From an uncultured Actinomycetes bacterium (GTDB taxonomy: Bacteria; Actinomycetota; Acidimicrobiia; Spongiisociales; DATADW01): a DNA stretch of 64,000 nt. This document shows, one piece after another, positions 60,944-64,000 of the stretch. Below the pieces are notes generated by a model. It ran no database searches, had not been told where the DNA came from, and worked only from the letters and a program-made list of their open reading frames with translations. The stretch's first letter is position 1. Each line of letters opens with the position of its first letter. The stretch covers positions 157,389-221,388 of the forward strand of contig CAVTEU010000013.1 in assembly GCA_963733905.1 (NCBI GenBank), written 5' to 3'. The position numbers were made by a program, and so were the translations under genes.

Positions 60944-61222
60944 ATGGCGGTGAAGACTGATCGTATGGAGGCTCGAGTGTCGCCTGAGGAGCGGCAGCGC
61001 ATCGAGCAGGCGGCCGCCGTTGCCGGTGTTTCTGTTTCGGCCTTCATTGTGAACGCAGCGGTGGATCGAGCCGAGGACGTCATATCTCAGGTGGCGATGA
61101 CAACGGTGCCGGCGGACTTCTTTGATGCTCTTTTGGCTGCGTTGGACGAGGCTGAGTCGGCTCCGCGGCTTACCCGCGCGGCCAAGGAAGCGTCTCGGAA
61201 CAGAAGAATCCGGGATAGGTGA
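60944..61222 (+). CDS. tacA: DUF1778-type ribbon-helix-helix antitoxin (TacA-like)
   Basis: MAVKTDRMEARVSPEERQRIEQAAAVAGVSVSAFIVNAAVDRAE...; overlaps the downstream GNAT gene (GTGA). Confidence 0.8.
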   Translation: MAVKTDRMEARVSPEERQRIEQAAAVAGVSVSAFIVNAAVDRAEDVISQVAMTTVPADFFDALLAALDEAESAPRLTRAAKEASRNRRIRDR

Positions 61223-61719
61223 CCTTTCGTGTCGAACCGATCGACGAAAACGATGTAGAAGGATTTCGTTGCGGCGTCGGTGAGCTCGATGAGTGGCTCA
61301 TCCAGCATGCAACCCATGCGACCGGGCAGGGCACGCGCACCTACGTTCTGGTTGAAGCCGATGAATCCGTTGTCGGCTACTTCGCCATCTCCCCGCATCT
61401 TTTGCGGCGGGAAGATGCCCCCTCGCGGATCGCCAGGGGTGCACCACGTGAGATACCCGCGATCCTCCTCGCCAAGCTGGCGCTGGATCGATCGCACCAT
61501 GGTTCCGGTCTGGGATCGGAGCTGCTCGTCTCAGCCATTGCGACCATCGTCGAAGCGGCCCGTCGTGCCGGAGGCCGGATGATCGTGGTGGACGCAATCA
61601 ACGACCAAGCAAGAAGCTTCTACCAGCACCACGACTTCAAGCCGTTGCCGGGGAACGCCCGGCGGCTAGTCATGAAGCTCAGCACGGCGGCGAAGGCCAT
61701 CGGAGTCGACTGGCCCTAG
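61219..61719 (+). CDS. tacT: GNAT-family acetyltransferase toxin (TacT-like)
   Basis: FRCGVGELDEWL...YVLVEADESVVGYFAIS...AILLAKLALDRSHHGSGLGSELL...FYQHHDFKPL. Intact and paired with the DUF1778 gene. Confidence 0.8.
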   Translation: MTFRVEPIDENDVEGFRCGVGELDEWLIQHATHATGQGTRTYVLVEADESVVGYFAISPHLLRREDAPSRIARGAPREIPAILLAKLALDRSHHGSGLGSELLVSAIATIVEAARRAGGRMIVVDAINDQARSFYQHHDFKPLPGNARRLVMKLSTAAKAIGVDWP

Positions 61720-61771
61720 GGCCAAGAGCCCGGCCGCCGTCACATCTCACACTGTCTCACGAGGCTCGTGT

Positions 61772-61849
61772 CACAGCCGCGCCACAAGACTCTGAAACGG
61801 GCCTAAAACCCCTGGTCGCAGCGTTTTGACCGCATCTTTCGCAACGAGG
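61772..61849. repeat. relic copy of the 3' end and downstream flank of a TetR-family gene
   Basis: Colinear with 63287-63364, 61 of 78 positions identical by my hand alignment. This includes the 19-mer CACAGCCGCGCCACAAGAC and GTTTTGACCGC.TCTTTCGCAAC. The minus strand reads ...LVAKDAVKTL, like the end of the TetR at 63331. Confidence 0.6.
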
Positions 61850-61882
61850 GGGCCACGGGTTCAAATCCTGTCAGCTCCACCA
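61835..61882 (+). other. tRNA/tmRNA 3'-half fragment with encoded CCA (att-like site)
   Basis: TCTTTCGCAACGAGGGGGCC|ACGGG|TTCAAAT|CCTGT|CAGCTCC|ACCA. 44 of 46 positions are identical to 53673-53718. CAGCTCCACCA is the 3' end typical of tmRNA, and tRNA-Ala ends similarly. Confidence 0.6.
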
Positions 61883-61900
61883 ACGCCCAAATCTGGGCGT
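61883..61900 (+). terminator. hairpin immediately after the CCA end
   Basis: ACGCCCA-aatc-TGGGCGT, a perfect 7-bp stem. Confidence 0.5.
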
Positions 61901-62428
61901 CCTCGTCTTCGATGAGGCGAATCAGTTGGGTTTGGTCGATGCCCTGCACTATTTCAGCTCACCATCGAGGTCGTGGCCGCTTCGGTGGTGGTATGGCAGT
62001 TCCGAGCCGAGCTTCGTGGCGGTGGGATGACGAGCGGTAGCGGCGAGCTCTGAAACTGATAGCAGTGACCTTTCTCGTGTTGGCCGCTTATGTAACGGTC
62101 GAGGCGATCCGAGATCTTCTGACGGGCGAGCAGGCTGCCACTTCGACGGTGGGGATCGTGCTGGCGGCGGTCTCCCTAGCGGTGATGCCCACCCCTCGCC
62201 TGGCTGAAGCGACAGACAGGGATCCGACTCGACCGCAGGACCCTGGTCGCCGACTCGGCCGAGTCGTTCCTCTGCGCCTGGCTGTCCGCCATCCCGCTTG
62301 CCGGATTGGTGATCAACGCCACGGGCGGCTGGTGGTGGGCCGACCCGTTGGCAGGACTAGGGGTCGCCTGGCTTGCACTGCGCGAAGGCGCCGAAGCCTG
62401 GCGTGGCGAGATCCTCGATGAGGATTGA
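61900..62428 (+). pseudogene. cation-efflux (CDF-like) membrane protein remnant, 5'-truncated and frameshifted
   Basis: LTIEVVAASVVVWQFRAEL, IAVTFLVLAAYVTVEAIRDLL.G, VGIVLAAVSLAVMP, LVADSAESFLCAWLSAIPLAGLVINATGGWWWADPLAGLGVAWLALREGAEAWRGE are spread over at least 3 frames. Stop at 62426-62428. Confidence 0.45.
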
Positions 62429-62470
62429 CCGCCCGTCTCGGCTGGACCACGATGCTCGAACATATCTGAG

Positions 62471-62572
62471 TTCCATCCGCAGCTATTGAACAGCGACATG
62501 GAGGCAGTCGACGGCACACCCGTCGTCGACCTCAAACCAGAGATCGCCCTGATGGCAAAGGCTGACAAATAG
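62471..62572 (+). pseudogene. short remnant resembling the DGTPxxDxKP region of TrmO/TsaA-like methyltransferases
   Basis: FHPQLLNSDMEAVDGTPVVDLKPEIALMAKADK then stop. Only ~33 codons, with an in-frame stop just upstream. Confidence 0.3.
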
Positions 62573-62587
62573 AAAGGAGAACACGCG

Positions 62588-62989
62588 ATGGCGAAAACGC
62601 GCAAGCCAAATACGACCCGAAAGCCGCCTGTGCCATCGGAGAGTCACTCCGAGATCGAGGATTGGATCCGGAGCCAGATGCCGGATCTGCAGCCCATCGT
62701 CAAAGGGGTCGACGAATTGATCCGCGAGATGATCTCCGGGCTTCAGTACGCCATCAAGTGGAAGCAGGCTTACTACGGGTTACCAGACCTCGGGTGGATC
62801 GTCGAGATGGTCGCCTACGACGTCTCGGTGAATGTCGTCTTCTTCGGCGGCGCGGATTTCGACCCTCAGCCGCCACTAGGAGACACCGACCGGAGTCGCT
62901 ACGTCAAGTTGGCGACCCTGGAGGAGGCGCAGGAACCGGAGATGCACAAGTGGATCGAGCAAGCGGGGCGTGTCCCGGGTTGGAAATGA
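62588..62989 (+). CDS. DUF1801 (YdhG-like) domain protein
   Basis: ...LQYAIKWKQAYYGLPDLGWIVEMVAYDVSVNVVFFGGADFDP...; AAAGGAGA RBS; intact. Confidence 0.7.
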   Translation: MAKTRKPNTTRKPPVPSESHSEIEDWIRSQMPDLQPIVKGVDELIREMISGLQYAIKWKQAYYGLPDLGWIVEMVAYDVSVNVVFFGGADFDPQPPLGDTDRSRYVKLATLEEAQEPEMHKWIEQAGRVPGWK

Positions 62990-63330
62990 GCGTCTATGCA
63001 CCGGACGCTCCTGAAGACGATTGAGGACGAGGAGGAATGATATGTGAGCTTGACCCGTGTGTGGTGGACACTCGATTCTGGTGTTATCCAGAGAGGGGGT
63101 CCCGGATGGGCCGTCCTAGGCGATCAGTCCGAGAATGGAGGGCGATGCGGCCAGGACAACCGCGAGATCGGGCAGTAAGCGCTCGCGCAGAAAACGCAAC
63201 GGCGTACTTCCTATCAGGGGTCGACGCCTTGCCAGAAGTGATGGAGGAGGCGGCGGTCATTCTGCCAGAGCTCACTCCGCCTGTGCCACAGCCGCGCCAC
63301 AAGACCATGAATGAGAACCGCATCCTCTGG

Positions 63331-63888
63331 TCAGAGGGTTTTGACCGCGTCTTTCGCAACAAGGCGCTCGGCGTGCATCGCAAAGTCGAAACCCGGGTCG
63401 AGCAGCGATTGAAGTGCATACCCATTTAGCGCCGCCACCAATGCCTCCGCCCGCAGCGGATTCCCGGCGCCGGGTGAGGCGCGGTCCATCGCCTCGGCGA
63501 AGCGGGTCACCCTGGCTTGGTGATGACGGAGGACTCGACCCGCCATCGCCTGGTCGGTGAGCGCGCCGCCGACCGCCATCCTGAGGTAGACGCGGGCGAG
63601 CGGCTCCTCCTCGGTGATGAACCGGACATAGGCGGAGACCAGGTCGGACACTGTGTCTGACCCGGTGCCGCTTGGATCGGGGTCGACCGCCGTTATTGCC
63701 TGACGGACCACCGTGAGGACCACCTCTTCCTTCGACCCGAAAAGGTTGTAGAAGCTTCCCGGCTGGATCCCCGCCATCTCGCAGATCGCCTTGAGAGTTG
63801 CTGCCTCGAGCCCGCCCTGGGCGAGGAGGTCGCGGGTGGCGGCGAGTATTCGGTCACGGGTTTCGAGACCGACGCGGTACCTGGCCAT
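63331..63888 (-). CDS. TetR/AcrR family transcriptional regulator
   Basis: RDRILAATRDLLAQGGLEAATLKAICEMAGIQPGSFYNLFGSKEEVV (HTH). Intact. Confidence 0.85.
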   Translation of the reverse strand: MARYRVGLETRDRILAATRDLLAQGGLEAATLKAICEMAGIQPGSFYNLFGSKEEVVLTVVRQAITAVDPDPSGTGSDTVSDLVSAYVRFITEEEPLARVYLRMAVGGALTDQAMAGRVLRHHQARVTRFAEAMDRASPGAGNPLRAEALVAALNGYALQSLLDPGFDFAMHAERLVAKDAVKTL

Positions 63889-63903
63889 GAGGCTGCAAGG
63901 TAA

Positions 63904-63925
63904 TGCCCGGCCGGCCCGGCGGGCA
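63904..63925. promoter_or_regulatory. inverted repeat in the TetR divergent intergenic region (possible operator)
   Basis: TGCCCG-N10-CGGGCA, between the TetR start (63888) and the next plus-strand ATG (63942). Confidence 0.3.
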
Positions 63926-63941
63926 CTACGGTCCCCCGTCC

Positions 63942-64000
63942 ATGTCTTCTCTGGTGCTCCTCGACGAGCCGGACAGGTATTTGGTGCGGCTGGCGCTCGG
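63942..64000 (+). CDS. start of an unidentified gene divergent from TetR (runs off window)
   Basis: ATG at 63942 then MSSLVLLDEPDRYLVRLALG. Too short to classify. Confidence 0.25.
   Translation, partial: MSSLVLLDEPDRYLVRLAL

Overview
Limits: all work was done by eye, with no tools. Family assignments come from remembered motifs, not searches. Frameshift positions are approximate, and GC content and repeat statistics were not computed.

Overall character: a visibly GC-rich chromosomal window whose gene content and order (E3-E2-lipB-lipA, Opp/Dpp-type ABC systems, acyl-CoA dehydrogenases, an LLM/F420-type oxidoreductase) read like a high-GC Gram-positive (Actinomycetota-like) genome. The taxon is an inference.

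Layout, left to right:
- 1-5.5 kb, minus strand: a truncated PQQ-type sugar dehydrogenase paralog, then lipA, lipB, a 2-oxoacid dehydrogenase E2 and lpdA.
- 5.8-11.7 kb: one ~6-kb gene for a secreted modular protein, a PQQ-type beta-propeller followed by alternating PKD-like and LamG-like modules.
- 11.9-18.3 kb: a nucleoside phosphorylase and a peptide/nickel-type ABC importer.
- 18.5-46.2 kb: a ~28-kb exopolysaccharide / cell-surface glycan locus. It holds a priming transferase, four GT4 genes (one fused to GNAT), a Wzy-like polymerase, a Wzc-like co-polymerase with a degenerate P-loop, a CapD-like dehydratase and SDR epimerases. It also holds a CDP-hexose branch, two PIG-L and one CE4 deacetylase, a sulfotransferase, a carrier protein with four atypical alpha/beta-fold proteins, an IS remnant, and an orphan PglX-like C-terminal module.
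- 46.2-53.6 kb: housekeeping and lipid metabolism genes.
- 53.7-61.9 kb: a LacI-controlled sugar ABC/GH3 operon plus an intact TacA/TacT-like toxin-antitoxin pair, bracketed by two 46-nt tRNA/tmRNA-3'-end-like direct repeats.
- 61.9-64 kb: a decayed mosaic (CDF-like pseudogene, TrmO-like remnant), then DUF1801 and TetR genes.

Major caveat: many genes, including indispensable ones, can only be read by allowing 1-nt frame changes, and the density of these changes is very uneven. I treat most as consensus indel errors.

Best candidates for new biology:
1. The ACP plus duplicated Arg-elbow/Cys-elbow alpha/beta-fold pairs beside a sulfotransferase.
2. The D-arm-less tRNA-like element and att-like repeats.
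3. The 36-bp-periodic palindrome array with two mini-ORFs.
4. The PglX-C-terminal-like module following a pseudo-kinase co-polymerase.
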